A stretch of DNA of 62,970 bases, filler included, from Hausera hauseri (GCA_046269625.1; 12 parts of 12 records of this genome joined end to end with filler, not necessarily neighbours in it); one strand, 5' to 3'. Positions 12,636 to 25,632 are shown, counted from the first letter of the whole stretch. Notes: a model not told the origin generated them from the sequence alone. Numbers and translations are program-made.

Positions 12636-12991
12636 TCAATCGAAAATCGTACGACGACGACGTTTGTTTATAGTTGAAAAGATAACTGACCTACCACGTT
12701 TTCTCAAGCCACTACCAGCAAATTGTTTTTTGACTGATTCAACGACTCCTGGTGCAGTGGTTTTTATTTCTGTCAAGGCGTGTTCCTTCAGTGATGATAA
12801 AATCGATTTGTTTTCATATAGTACATCCTGTGCTGTTTTTGTTGCCACGGCTCCAATACGCTTCAACACTGGAAATGCTAAACGTGCCAATGTACGCAAC
12901 CATCCAGATCCATACTGTTTACCAACGAAATAGGCAGTTCACCGCTTTGCTAGGGTTTACTGTAAATGGAAACGATTTCAGAATCAATCAT
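12636..12991 (-). pseudogene. Small basic core/membrane-active virion protein (QxGxG motifs, amphipathic helix, Arg-rich tail)
   Basis: MIDSEIVSIYSKP*QSGELP/YFVGKQYGSGWLRTLARLAFPVLKRIG...KQFAGSGLRKRGR..KRRRRTIFD; lies between penton and MCP. Confidence 0.75.
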
Positions 12992-14041
12992 GTTGGTTTC
13001 GACGGAAATGAAGAGTTATAGTGGTTGTGGTACCGTACGAAAATTCAATAAGGTAGCCCGCGTAAAATCGGATATTCACTTCAACATTTTATAGATGTAT
13101 ATGCTACAGGTAGGTACATAGGATAGTCGAGCTTCACAGTTACATTGTCTACAGCAGTATACTTGCTGCTTTCGGGATAAACTGCACGGAGTAGCAATAC
13201 ACGTACTCCAACGTCCAAAATCGGTTAGGTGACGTTAACGTAAATGTATATTTGACTTAATCTAGTTTTCAGTTTGGGTTTAAGTGTTGCAACATGTGCC
13301 TTCTTATTCACTTCAAACCGATGTTTTTCAAAACCCAATACCATGCCCAAAGCTTTGTCCAATGAAATGTCGACAATATCCTAAGCTAGTTCAAATTTAA
13401 TGTACCCATTTGTACCTGACTCGAAAACTTTAAATATCGCCTTGTACTTTTGATTTGAAGAAATGTTGACAGAGATATGTTACAAATTCGCAATATACAG
13501 TCTCCAATCGATACGTATGACGTTGACATCCTTTCCGCTATATAGGAAAATTTCACCGTTGCCTGGTAATATACGGGACTTAATCTTGGACTAACTCCAT
13601 ATTCACTTTTAATATGTTGACCTTTGTACTCTATTTTTGAATCAAAATTTATGTGCCATATCAGAGGAAGCAAAGGTAACAGTAAATTCAAAATCTGCCA
13701 TAAAATGTAAGTTTTGATCTAAAATAAAAACACCGATCTTGCCGTATAAATTGTAATTTGTACTGGTCGTGCAAATGGCCGATTCTCCAACTGTTATTTT
13801 ATTGTTAGTATGTGTAAGAGGACAAGAATGTGTTTTGGTTTCAGTAACAGTCTTGTTGTACGTTATTCATCCTACCTTTCAATGACACCGGTACGTAGGG
13901 AAAATTAAATTCCGTCAGTGCAACCTCCAATTTTCCAGATAAATCCAAAGGATTGTTCCAATCTACAAAGTATTCACTGGCGGAATTGTTCGGACGAGTC
14001 GTCGGACAACTGTTGCTCGGCAACACTATGTAAATACTCAT
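12984..14041 (-). pseudogene. Minor capsid protein (penton-like, PX), copy B
   Basis: N-terminus IYIVLPSNS..PNNSASEYFV..PLDLSGKLEVALTEF; C-terminus IYIYVNVT..DVGVRVLLLRAV..PMYLPV..TLHFRR. Confidence 0.88.
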
Positions 14042-14063
14042 GATCTCGATGATGATGACGACG

Positions 14064-15115
14064 TCAAAAATGTAACGTCAATTGTGTCGTTGACCCAAAC
14101 AGAAATTTAATGGGTCCCCAAAATTCATCAAGCATATACACGGAAATGCTGTGCACAATATTGATAAGTACATGGGTCTGAGAATATTAATGCGAACAGT
14201 TTCACCCGATATTTTGTACGTGTCAGAATACAGTTCGATAGAAGCCAGTAGTTGTTTACGTTCTCCACCAACGAGTACGGATTCGTTTAAGTCCGTTAAA
14301 ATGTTGATTGTATGTAATGCTCAATAGAGTTGTGGTTTCTATTTGGCAACAATAATCGTCCAACAATGTTTTGATAGAATTCGCCTTTTGAAAAACCCAG
14401 ATTCCGGGCCAATAATTCATCAAAGGCAAAATATGTAACACTGTCATGTAGTATGATCGAAATATGACCATCTGTGTTTATTTCACATGTCTTTACAGCT
14501 AATGTAGCCGTTTACTTGGCGCATTCACACAATTCCAGTTCCGTTTCCATTAATAAATCGTGTGGTATAATATGAGCGGAAGACTGATTCTGACTTAGTC
14601 CACTTTACTATAATATCGGATTCCGCATCGGATGAAAGGTCCAATTTTTCACCAATTATAACATGTCCACCAAGCCGTAGACATTTTGAATGTACATTGA
14701 CTGATTGAAAACCCCATGTCTGAGCATCAGCTATACATTTAAACTGCATTTCCATGGGATTGCGACGCATTAGTTTCATACGGTAGTTTAAAAAATAAGC
14801 ATAAACCGAAAGATTTTATTGCGAATAATTGCGAAAAATATATCGGTTATTGTGTCGGATTGTCCGCAAACGATTTGAAATAAGGTTCGTTTCTTGTCGG
14901 GTAAAGTAAATACCACTGTTCTGACGCACTGTCATTGGTGAAAATGTAAATGTGAATTCCGTCAAAACCACTTCCCAGACTCCGTGGCGTAAATCGATTG
15001 GTTTGTCCAAATGCACGGTAAACTGTTTAGCGATATTGTCGTCATTGTCGTCGTCATGTTGTGTTAATGATCTGTTACTATCAAGTACCAAGTAAATGCT
15101 GCTGCTACTGCTCAC
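14064..15115 (-). pseudogene. Minor capsid protein (penton-like, PX), copy A
   Basis: N-terminus IYLVLDSN..NIAKQFTVHLDKPIDLRHGVWEVVLTEF; C-terminus LVGGERKQLLASI..RPMYLS..ISVYMLDEF..FGSTTQLTLHF. Confidence 0.82.
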
Positions 15116-15443
15116 TGAATCTGCGATGCAAATATGCAACTCGGTGCAATGTATCCGTGCTACTTGACGAGATATTGTTTAATCGAACCTTTGTCGCGTG
15201 AACGTAGAATTTTCTGAATGCGATATACATCGGGTTTCTATGGCAAAACCTGCAGTTCTTGTTCGTAGAATTTAGTGCGTATTTCCTCACCGTTTTCATC
15301 CTCCAAAACGTACATGACATGTGTTTGTTTTGTGTTGATTGCCGAAATGCGGAAAACTTCGTCGCACCAGTTCTGATTGAAATTCTTAATGAATGGCGTC
15401 GTACTTATTTTCGAAATACGTACGTAAGCACCGATTTTATATT
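15112..15443 (-). pseudogene. C-terminal part of retroviral-like Maverick integrase with chromodomain
   Basis: Not in the ORF track: YKIGAYVRISK..FIKNFNQNWCDEVFRI..YVLEDENGEEIRTKFYEQELQ..VYRIQKILRSR..KQYLVK*HGY. Confidence 0.9.
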
Positions 15444-16021
15444 NNNNNNNNNNNNNNNNNNNNNNNNNNNNNNNNNNNNNNNNNNNNTTAATTAATTAAN
15501 NNNNNNNNNNNNNNNNNNNNNNNNNNNNNNNNNNNNNNNNNNNACAGCTTTAGCTATCACAGGCAGAGAATACTAATGGGTCTGTAATTACTAATCATTG
15601 GTGTTAATCAGATTTAAATAGAGGTGTGATCACTGAAAGTTTTCGAGCACTACATAATTGGCTCACTTTAACTAACCAGTTGATAATCACTACCCACCAC
15701 AACAAAATGCAACCAGACATGTAATTTCTGGGTTTTTTGTCTTTTACCAAAACATCTCATGAACTACCCAACAGAGTTAAACAAAGCTCTCAAAAACTAA
15801 CCAATAGAAGCACACATTCAAACACTTAAAATTAAGTTAGTAATTATGTTGCCTTGAATGAAGATTTTATACAGTATTTCCCACAATAGTTGCAACTAAA
15901 TTGTAAGTTTGCTACTCCTTTTAACACCACTGACATATCACAGAGAGTAGGTTTCAAAACAATTGATTAGTTTCTAACATGTAGACTGCATTATTTTCAC
16001 TTGTTTTTTTTCTTCCTTCAG

Positions 16022-16155
16022 ATGACTGGGATGCTGCAGTGGCCAGTCTACTTCAAGTGTCACCTCACGTGCCCCAGGCCTTGTGGAGTAACACCGTGCG
16101 CTGCTACCTAATCTCCACACAAGATACCAAAGCAGAGATGGAGATCTTTATCAAG
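16022..16155 (+). CDS. Isolated internal exon of an unidentified host gene
   Basis: Polypyrimidine tract and ttcag acceptor, open frame [44 protein letters not shown], then AAG/GTCAGT donor. Confidence 0.6.
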
Positions 16156-16239
16156 GTCAGTTTGATTGAAATTTAAAGTCTCTTCCGACCTTTCATGTGA
16201 TGTATGGGATAACTGGCCAAAACTTAGTGGAGATTTGTC

Positions 16240-18757
16240 AAACGGTGTAGATTTGTAATATTCACTCACACACAGATACGGGTTCTGTTTTATATAGTAG
16301 ATAATCAGTGCCTGTGGTGTGTGTCAAAGGGGTGGGAGTCTCAGTTTCATGACTTTATAAAGAGACATGTTTTGTACTCTGATATTGTGTCTGACAGAAA
16401 AACACTCGAATCGACCACATGAAAAGTTTAAATCGAGGTTGTTCTTCGTCATGTAAATCTCATAGGTTTTCGGCGGGTATAACGACCAGAACACTAGTCG
16501 AACAATCTGATTATTTTCGAAAGAAAAGTATCTTTTTGGGGTCAAATTAAAAAGAAAGTTCTTATTGTTTTCAGTGGGCAGGCTAATTATCGAAGAGGGG
16601 ATAGTATAGTTTACAATTCGCCATTGAAGTCCTGTTTTGTTGATCACTTTATCATGGACGCATCCTATAGGTGAGTGAACGTTGTCACCTATCAGGGAAT
16701 AACACAAGAACATCCATGTCTTATACTGAATTTGGACAGTGGATCCAACGATCCACAAGTTGCCTGCGCATCCACTAAGGCTCCCGGGTGACCAATAATA
16801 ATAATAAAACTAAAAAAGGTAAAAATCGCTTGAACAACAAATATTTCAAAAGCAAAATAAAACGAAATGAACAATGAATTACAATACAAATGACCGGTGC
16901 AGTACTCCGACCCTATACTGCCATCTGTCTATTGTGTACTAACGCCCCTTAGGCAATTTAGACAAAAAAAAAATACATGTGCCCCTTATCAATATATACT
17001 CGCATATTCACAACATTCATACCCAAACATCAGTGGCGTACCTAGGTGAGGATGCAAAGGGGCCATATGCACCCAGCCTCAAGAATTTCTTTTCTAGTGG
17101 TCAAAATTAGAAATTGTTGTTTATGAAATTATCGATTATATTATTATACAATCGTAGTTTCGATAGCCCCCCCCCCAAAAAAAAACGATATACGCACCCC
17201 AAAATGAATTTCTGGGCACGCTACTGCCAAACCTAATAGACAAGTAAGCGCCTCATTTTTCTAGTGCCCCTAGGCGATCACCTAAGGTCGCCTAATGATA
17301 AACTCGGCACTATCAGTACAACTAATATTCGGGATTTCTAAAAAAGAGCTTTGAAGGCCTTTACAGTTAGAGAAAGATTTGTAATGTGCGATTTTTAAAT
17401 CACTAAAAGTATTCCAGTATTCCGTGCTAAAAAGATGTTGAAGTCACTGGTATAAGAAATAAAGATGTCATTTTTTTTTTTTTTTTTTTGGAAAGAACTT
17501 TTCTTTTCAGAATGTTTTTAAATTATATACATAAAAGTTAACCAAAGCTAAATCCCCCCCCCCCCAAAAAAAAAATCCGTCATTGAACTGTGATTTTATT
17601 TGGTGCTGCATGCGACATAGCATTCAGGGAAAAGTTTCAAATTGTAGAATGAATTTTAAAATATTTGCAATGAAGATTCTGTGATGAACGTCGAAATGAC
17701 TTTTTAAAAATATCAGCGTAAAATTGTGTTGAGCTTTGGGGCGATTGAAGAAATGCGAATAAATATGTAATAAAGGATGTGCATTTCAAAATCTTCTTAT
17801 GTATATTTAATGCTGCAATAAATTCCGAGTATTGGAAGCAAACGGGTTTCATTTAGGAAGATCAAAAGACATAGAAAATCAACACATTTAATGTGAAAGG
17901 GGCGCAAATCGTTTATTGAGTTATTTCTAAAAATTTAAGTTGTGTAATATGCGTACCAATTTTCGTGGAAATTGCTCCTGCCGTTTGAGTTTTTGTTTCG
18001 CACCCCCCTCCTCCCGAAGAAGGGGACATGTTTACATCGATTAAACCCTAAAAATTTTATTAGTCGGTTAATGAAGAATGAGGAAAACGTGAACAAAATT
18101 TAATGTAAATGATTGCAGCTGTTCAGAAATTATTCAAGAACATACACACTTTCAACACCCTCCCCCAAGTGGGGTAATGCAAATTTGACTCCAGAATAAT
18201 TTTAGTTGAATAATAAGGAACATGTGTACCAATTTCCGTGGAAATAGATTCTGCCATTCGTAAAGTTTTCGTCCCCCGCCCCCCTGTGCAAAAAATAATT
18301 ACGACATACATGATGACTTATGGAATAACTGACCACACATTAATGAACTCTGATTTATATAGTAGATTAAGGAGCATATGTACAAATTTTTATTGAAATC
18401 TTCCCAGAAAAGACTCCCGATTCCCTGTCTAATTTCTCAAAAATAACATTTCAGAATATTACAATTTCCAACTGTAAATCCCTTCCACTATAAACTTCAT
18501 CCTGACATTTTGCCGTCCCGTAAGCACTTTTCTTATTAGCTGATACCAACACTTCCCTCTTGCTCCTTCAATGTTCGGCAGCAAGAAAATACATTGAAAG
18601 TTGCATTTCAGATTTTAATCTTCCCAGATTAATGAAATAAAAATTAATTTAAAAAGGGAGTGGTTTGTTTAAAAGTATCCTAAGACCTTGGTCAATTGGT
18701 GTGGATTTGTATAGTTCACTCACATCACACACGCGGGTTCTGTTTTATGTAGTAGAT
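16240..18757 (+). repeat. Dispersed copies of a Helentron/HINE-like non-autonomous repeat end
   Basis: gatttgta..ttcactcaca..cgggttctgttttat(a/g)tagtagat at ~16250-16302 and ~18704-18757; repeated gtaccaattt(t/c)cgtggaaat at ~17954 and ~18226. The family call is tentative. Confidence 0.4.
17031..17226. mobile_element. MITE with imperfect TIRs and 8-bp TSD (hAT-like)
   Basis: cagtggcgtacc...gggcacgctactg, flanked by ccaaacat / ccaaacct (7/8 match). Confidence 0.65.
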
Positions 18758-19454
18758 TATAGCACATTCACCAGAAATGAAGCTATATGCAAAATTTCGG
18801 GGTTCTACGACATAATTCTCTTCTTTTTTTATTTCCCGTATATTTTCTCTAAACAAAATTAATTAGTATTTCAGTAATTAATCAAAATTAACCTTGTTAA
18901 TGATGGATTTCGCAAATGTACAATTTTAGGAATTGAAAGCAGATTTGTTCCAGATAAACACTCACAGTTGAAGTTCAGTAAAAGGTTTTAGAAATAAAGG
19001 TGTCTACTTTTCTCAATCAGGATGATCCAGATGGAATAAATTTCATAAATGAGTAAATAATTTATTCGTTGTAATACATTCAATGATGGTTGTGGGTTCA
19101 TGGAGTGATTCGGAAATCTGAACATTTTTATTTACATGTAATTTTTTTTTTTTAATTTTCGAAGTCGATTTCTATAGGGAAGCTAAACTATAAAATTGAA
19201 CAAACGTGCTTTTAGTAAGCAGCATTATATGGAAGGCGAAATTCTATATTTGAATTAATCATTCTTTTGTCTATTTCATAAATTGAAGCAATTAAAGATA
19301 ATTTCAAACTATTGATCCATTTTTCAACAGTTTAAAAGTATTGTATTTTGCATGCGACGTGTTTAAAGTTATTCAATGGTGTCCAAAATTAAGAGAATTT
19401 TCACTCTTGGTCGATTATCTCCAGAACTACTGGACAGATTTTAATGACATTAGG

Positions 19455-19810
19455 GACTTTATGACTGCTGTGAGGTATAAGAATGAGATCTTGGAAACAT
19501 GTGAACACCTTTTCAGGGGTGCAATTGGCCCTGATTTCATTTTAATGGACAACAATAAGCGTTCACATAAGGCTAATCTGGTAGACGATTTTCTGGAAAG
19601 TCAGGATATTTGCCGGATGGATTAGCTAGCTAGATCTCCAGACCTGAACCCTAAAGAGCATGTCTGGGACGTTCTTGGGGGGCAATTGGAACTTGCCTTC
19701 CATTTTCCAGAACCATCTAGGACATGAAAACAGCTTTGGGACCGACTGAAAGAGGGAATAATAAATAAACTCTCTGATTTCCGGCATGAAATCACGTTGT
19801 GAGACCTATA
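19455..19810 (+). mobile_element. Tc1-like transposase remnant
   Basis: FILMDNNKRSHK...MD*LARSPDLNPKEHVWDVLG. Confidence 0.85.
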
Positions 19811-20497
19811 AAATTGAAAGAGGGGACCTTGCTCACGATAAACCCATCTTTGTGTTCGAAATTATAAGCTCTGTTTTAGACCTTCTGCCGCTCATGCATG
19901 TGTACCATAACTGTCCTGTGTGTTTTTTTTTTAATCATATCAACCTATCTACATGTCTAATTTCATTCAAATCTGTTCAGTAGTTCTGGAGATAATCGAC
20001 CAAAGGTGGAAATTATCTTAATTTTTAATACCAGTGAATGAAGCTCTATAAAATTATCTGGATAATAATAACGAGCATTTCAATGAACAGGTTGTAGAAG
20101 AATTTTTAATTTGCTTTCCTTACATATGCATACACGAGTTCTTACTTTTACTCAAACGTACAATTCACCAGTTTCCAGGAATCAAAAACTAATAGCTAAA
20201 CTGTCAGCCCCACCACAGATAAGCGATCATGGTCCGTAATATCTTTTTCTTTTCTTTTTGCCCTTCAGTAAGCATTCCAATTAGGAAGAGCTCGTAATAG
20301 TCCAGAGGTGCGATAGATGACCCCCAGAGCTGTCAAATCCCCCTATGCTTCCTTCTCCAACAAAAGGGGAGGAGTTCCAGCAAGGGCGTGTTTTTTCNNN
20401 NNNNNNNNNNNNNNNNNNNNNNNNNNNNNNNNNNNNNNNNNTTAATTAATTAANNNNNNNNNNNNNNNNNNNNNNNNNNNNNNNNNNNNNNNNNNNN

Positions 20498-21410
20498 AGG
20501 ATGGGTATGATATTGGCTGTTTTCCATCCTGTAGGTACAGTGCCTTGTCTCCATGTTTTGTTGATAAAATTTAGGATTGTCTGTGATCCTTCTTTACCAC
20601 ATTTGGGTAGCATTTCATTGGTGATGTGGTCTGGCCCTGGTGCTTTTTTGAGTTTCTTCTTGTTGAGACTAGACTTGAATTCTGATGTAGTGAATTCTTC
20701 ATAAAATGCGATATTATTGGTTTTCTATGTTTTCATCATGCGTTTAGTCAGACTACTGGATGGCTTTGTCCGGCTTGGGTCTTTTACATTTCTTTTGACT
20801 TCAGCAAAGTAATTATTCAATGCTTGGGCTTTCTGTGTTGTTGTTTTGGGATCTGCATGGGTGTGGGATTCTTCCTCTTTGAGGTCCCTGCCATGCCATC
20901 GTGGAGTTTCCATGCCTTCCTCCCATCTTTCCTGAGGTCTAGGTTATCACACTTTTTCTTCCCTGCCTCCAGTTTGACTTGTGCGATGAGCCTGTTGTAC
21001 GCAGTTTTGTTTTCCGGACTTGGATATAGTTGTGCTTCTTTCCTTGCCTTGCGTCTTAAGTGGACTATACATTCAAGTTGTGGATTCCAAAAGACATTGT
21101 ATTTTCTGCGGTTGCCTTTGGGAATTGTTCGTTTGGCTGCCTTCATTATAGCTGTTATGATCTGATTGTTTACAGCAATGGTGTTTTCATCTGCATTTAT
21201 ATCAATTTCTCCGAGACGTTGGTCTGATATGATTTTGTAGTCTTCCCAGTTGGTTCTGGCATAATTCCATTTTGGTTTTCCTTTTAACTTTGTTCTTGTT
21301 CTGGAAGACAGTGATTAATATGGGCAGGTGGTTGCTTCCAGTGTCTTCCAGAACGCTCCATTTATAATGACTGATAAGGTCTGCAGACACTAACGTTAGG
21401 TCTGGCCGAC
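20498..21410 (-). mobile_element. Non-LTR retrotransposon ORF2 fragment (APE endonuclease end to RT start)
   Basis: RPDLTLVS..EDTGSNHLPILI; KKAPGPDHITNEML..WRQGTVPTGWKTANIIPI. Confidence 0.88.
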
Positions 21411-21424
21411 TGCATGTTCAGGAT

Positions 21425-22272
21425 ACGACCCAGACCATTTTTATAGACACAATTTCCATAACTTGAATTCTATACACAATACTGACCGACACACACAGAG
21501 GCCTAATTACTGATCCCAGCGAACACACAAAACAGAAAATAACTCTGGCAACAATTCTGATAGTATTTTCTAGTGGCACGCGATAGTCAACTTTAATGAT
21601 TGCACTTTTTTTGGAGTGCATAGCTAGAGTAGTGGCTAGACTGCTTGGCTTACTATTGTGGCAAGGCGATGGCGACGTTTCAGTGTTGCGGGTTCAATTC
21701 CCGGAGTGACCAATTTCCTATCTGTTTTTTCTGATGTCCGGTGTGTTCTTCTCTTATCTACTTCTTTCGTTCTATCGAGTGCCCTGTTCATACACATATT
21801 TGTTTGTTTGTTTCACTGTTCAGTCACGGGCCTGGAGTTTCCCTCCCCATTCGCTTGTTTATCAATAATATGAAACTACCATTTCTAATTCCTGTCATGT
21901 GTGTTTGCTGGACTCAGTAACTAGGCCTGTGTGTGTACTGGTCAGTACTGTGTATAGAATTCAACAGTTATGGAAATTGTGTCTATAAAAATAGTTTGGG
22001 TCGTTCCTGGCAACAATTCTGATAGTCATTTTCAGTGGCACACGACAGTCGACTCTAATGATTGCACTCTTTTAGGTTGCATAGTTAGAGTAGCGGCTAG
22101 GCTGCTTGGCTTACTGTTGTGAAAGGCGATGGTGCCGTTTCAGTGTTGCGGGTTCGATTCCCGGAGTGACCAATTTCTTATCTGTATTTTTCTGTTGTCT
22201 GGTGTGTTCTTCTCCTTCTTATCTACTTTTTTCGTTCTGTCGAGTGCCCTTTTCATACACATATTTGTTTGC
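21425..22272. repeat. ~460-bp tandem repeat containing a tRNA-like A/B box, plus an inverted partial copy
   Basis: 21545-21810 is similar to 22007-22272 (direct); 21430-21512 is the reverse complement of ~21913-22000; B box GGTTC(A/G)ATTCC at ~21691 and ~22151. Confidence 0.8.
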
Positions 22273-24470
22273 TCCTCACCTTATTCACAGTCTAAGAGAA
22301 ACTTACTGATTTGCCGACCTCACGAATAACACACCTTTTCTCACTTCTTGAGCTATTTGGCCATGAAGAATAACGAATTTAGTTCTGTCTAGACCCAGCT
22401 TAATTACGCTACAGGGACTGCCATTTTGTCTCTCTGTCCTTCTCTGCCGGTAAAGCTAAAAATAGTTGGCTTTCATCTCAGCTGGAGGCTAGCTTAACAC
22501 GTGATAGATGGCGGGAGGAAAAGGGTTAAGATAGGAGGGGGGCGCAGAAGGGAACTAACATAAACACTAACACGATGACCACTGAATTTTGTACCCACAT
22601 TGAACTAACTACCATTACTATTAATTTTACGCAGTTCTACATGAAATACATTGTATTATTCTTGTATTAAAAATTAGATTAATGGTGTTCATATTTCTCT
22701 AACATTCGTAAAGTAAATATTCGTTCCATATTATAAGATGAAGTTTTGTCTTCAGCGATGCTGATCTCAACTGTAGGTTTTAGCTCGATTAATCATCACC
22801 ACCTGGGTGAAGGATAGGTTATCACAGATCTCTGTTTCTCGCGATTGCTGTTGACTCACTTCTCAACCAATGACGCACAAAACTCAGACATGTCATCGTT
22901 TGTTGACCATTACTTCTAGTTTATGGTATTTTGCCACTGGTGACCAGGTTTTCCAGACCTCCTCTTCTTCAAACATTGCCAGTCATAGATGCTTGCCTCT
23001 TTCTGCTCTTATCGATAAACGTCTTTCTGCATCTGCTTCGTGTAAAAGATAGTCATGTGTTCTCCTTGCTGTCCACGAGACTTTTAACAAATCTGAGGCA
23101 CCACATCGCTACTGCTTTGAAAGAATTGTCTAATTTTTTTACTCATTGGCCAAGATTCACAGCCAAACTGGAGTATGGGCTCGATATATAACACTACAGA
23201 ACTCTCTTTCTGACAGTTCTTTCGTACAAAAGTCTTTTTTATTTTCTGCAATGCTCGATTAATTAATTTGCATTTATTCTTCAGCTAACAAAGTAAATTA
23301 GACATGTTCTGTGGCACCTGACACTTTAAAAGATTTCAAGTTTAAGAACGGCGATAATGGTCTATGTTCATTTTTGTGACCATATATCGTTATCAGACCT
23401 TATTGCAAACGTTAGTCATAACCTACACTATTGTCTCTTCCAGTCATGTAGAGATTTCATTAGTTAGTGTATATACTTTGCTGTCTTCTAGAATAATATT
23501 TTATTGTCTTTACCGCTGATCGAACCACCATTTTACAGCAAATTTTGTATTTCAATTATATTTTTGTTGCTCTCAATATTCCTCGCCCAAAAAATGTTCC
23601 AAACAAAAGAAACCTAAACTAAACTAAACAAATATAAATATTTTATCTTTCTGATTTTTTTTTCCTTCTGTTCTATTAGTCGAAATGTATGCTAACGCAA
23701 TACGCCTCAAAAGGGTATCAGTATTGTTTGTATAACATGTATATCCACACATGTGTATATTGTTCTGTCTTCATTGACATGAACCTAGTTTTAACTGTCT
23801 TTTATTTCAGAGGAAGAGAAAAAAAAAGGTAAGGAAAATTTAGTGAATGTACATAATTGACAGAATATAAATAACAGTAGTAATGTTGATCAGTGAAGTT
23901 TCTCAGTCACATGGAAGCAGTCTTTATGGAAACAAACGAAGAGGGAAGGAACAACGAGGCATCAGATTAAACAATGAAATAAACAAAACAGTCAGCCTGT
24001 CAGAGTGTGGTACTTGATATACTTCCTGTCAGCTTCCTGTGTGATCCACATTTTCCAGTCTGCGTAACACGCAGTCAGTCTGTATTAAGTAGTAAAAGCC
24101 CATCTTTGTTCGAATGGCATATTGTGGCAAGTCATGCCTATCTGTAAATTAGATTTGTTGAATTATTTTTTAAGCGCAAAGCTAATTCTACAAACGAAAA
24201 TCAACAAATTATTGAACGGTTCAGGCGAACATCATATTTCAGAGAAGCTTTCAAAACATCTAACAAATTAACTCTATAGGCTTAATAAAAAGTAAGTATT
24301 CGAGGCGATTGAAACACGTGTTGCCAGTTGTGCTATCATGGAATGTGTATAGTGGTACAAAATAAAATGTGACATCTGAGGGTATGTGAACAAGAAAGTC
24401 TGAATATCTCTATGGAGTTGTTTTTTTTTTTTTCATTTATAGTCAAGCACTCAGTATTTATGATAGCGTA

Positions 24471-24530
24471 GTCGTTAGTACAGACGCCTACCTATCGCAT
24501 ACTCGTGGGTTCAATCCCGGCTGTGGTGGT
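24471..24530 (+). mobile_element. tRNA-derived SINE head
   Basis: A box tagcgtagtcgttag and B box gggttcaatcccgg; no intact cloverleaf. Confidence 0.5.
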
Positions 24531-24739
24531 TTTCGACTAAAACGACTTCAGAAATCAACTCAAGTTTAAAAAGACATTGGGTACCGGAAATTATCTTTGA
24601 AATAAAAGGTAACCTGGCGTTGTGCATAACAACACCACAGTCCAACCATGAGCCGATGTTAAGTAAAAATGTAAACACTAAACCCCACATTTCCCTATAC
24701 ACATTTAGCAGTGAACGGGAGCCTTTTTAACGTTTGCCT

Positions 24740-25532
24740 TTAAACACTGAGCTTTGTCTTATTAATGTAATTTGTCAGTTTGCCAGCCTCCATACAGTCG
24801 TTATGTGATATTTTGAAAGTGCTCCTTTTTATGTGTATTCTGTATTGGATATATTTGCCTGTTCGGCCGTTCTGTTTAATGTTATTACTCATTTGTGAAA
24901 CGTTTCTCTTCTGTTGAGTTTGGTATCTTCCATTTTTCTTGGAATTGTTGTTAGTGTTTATCGTCATATCTCCAGTCTTCTGATTAATTAATAACCCAAC
25001 TTGTTTAGTGTATTCCTTAAGATGTTTTGTTTTTACCTTTAATTTATTCTTATTGTTTCTATATAAACAGCGCATTTTGAAAATAGGCAATGGGAAACTC
25101 TGTAAGGGAATAGATATCAAGGGAAAGATTATTCGGAGGGTGGCGACATGTAAGTGAGTAATGAAAGCAGTATACAAACAATAGGCTGTCTGCCCATGAT
25201 GAACATATAAGCCGACGGTTTGGCTGCAGATGGTCAACAGAATGGTGGTACAGGACTATTCATTAAATATCGGATAAGGAAACTCTGTTCAACATCAAGG
25301 TCAGCTGACTGCCACATTAACTACCTTATTCGGTATCAAATAACAACGCATTTTGATCAAGAATCTATTCATCTTCACAGATTCCGCATCAGTCACGTAA
25401 ACAATGCAGATAATAAAACTGCCGTTTTGTCAGTTTTATAGTAATTAGAGATAGTAACCTATGCAGGCCAAGAGAAGAGACTCAATAGCTTTCATCTACG
25501 CTGCCTTCGCAGAATAATGAATATCAGATGGC
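24740..25532. mobile_element. RTE-clade LINE remnants
   Basis: Minus strand KHLKEYTKQVGLLINQKT; plus strand at the contig end TYAGQEKRLNSFHLRCLRRIMNIRW. Confidence 0.6.
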
Positions 25533-25632
25533 NNNNNNNNNNNNNNNNNNNNNNNNNNNNNNNNNNNNNNNNNNNNTTAATTAATTAANNNNNNNNNNNN
25601 NNNNNNNNNNNNNNNNNNNNNNNNNNNNNNNN

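Noticed and set aside
15105-15320. Cys-rich ORF MSCTFWRMK... as a zinc-finger gene
   Set aside because: It is an alternative frame of the integrase C-terminus.
21620-21712. tRNA gene (also considered at 24471 and 52952)
   Set aside because: A/B-box-like words are present, but I could not fold a cloverleaf with matching acceptor and anticodon stems. Treated as SINE- or satellite-derived.
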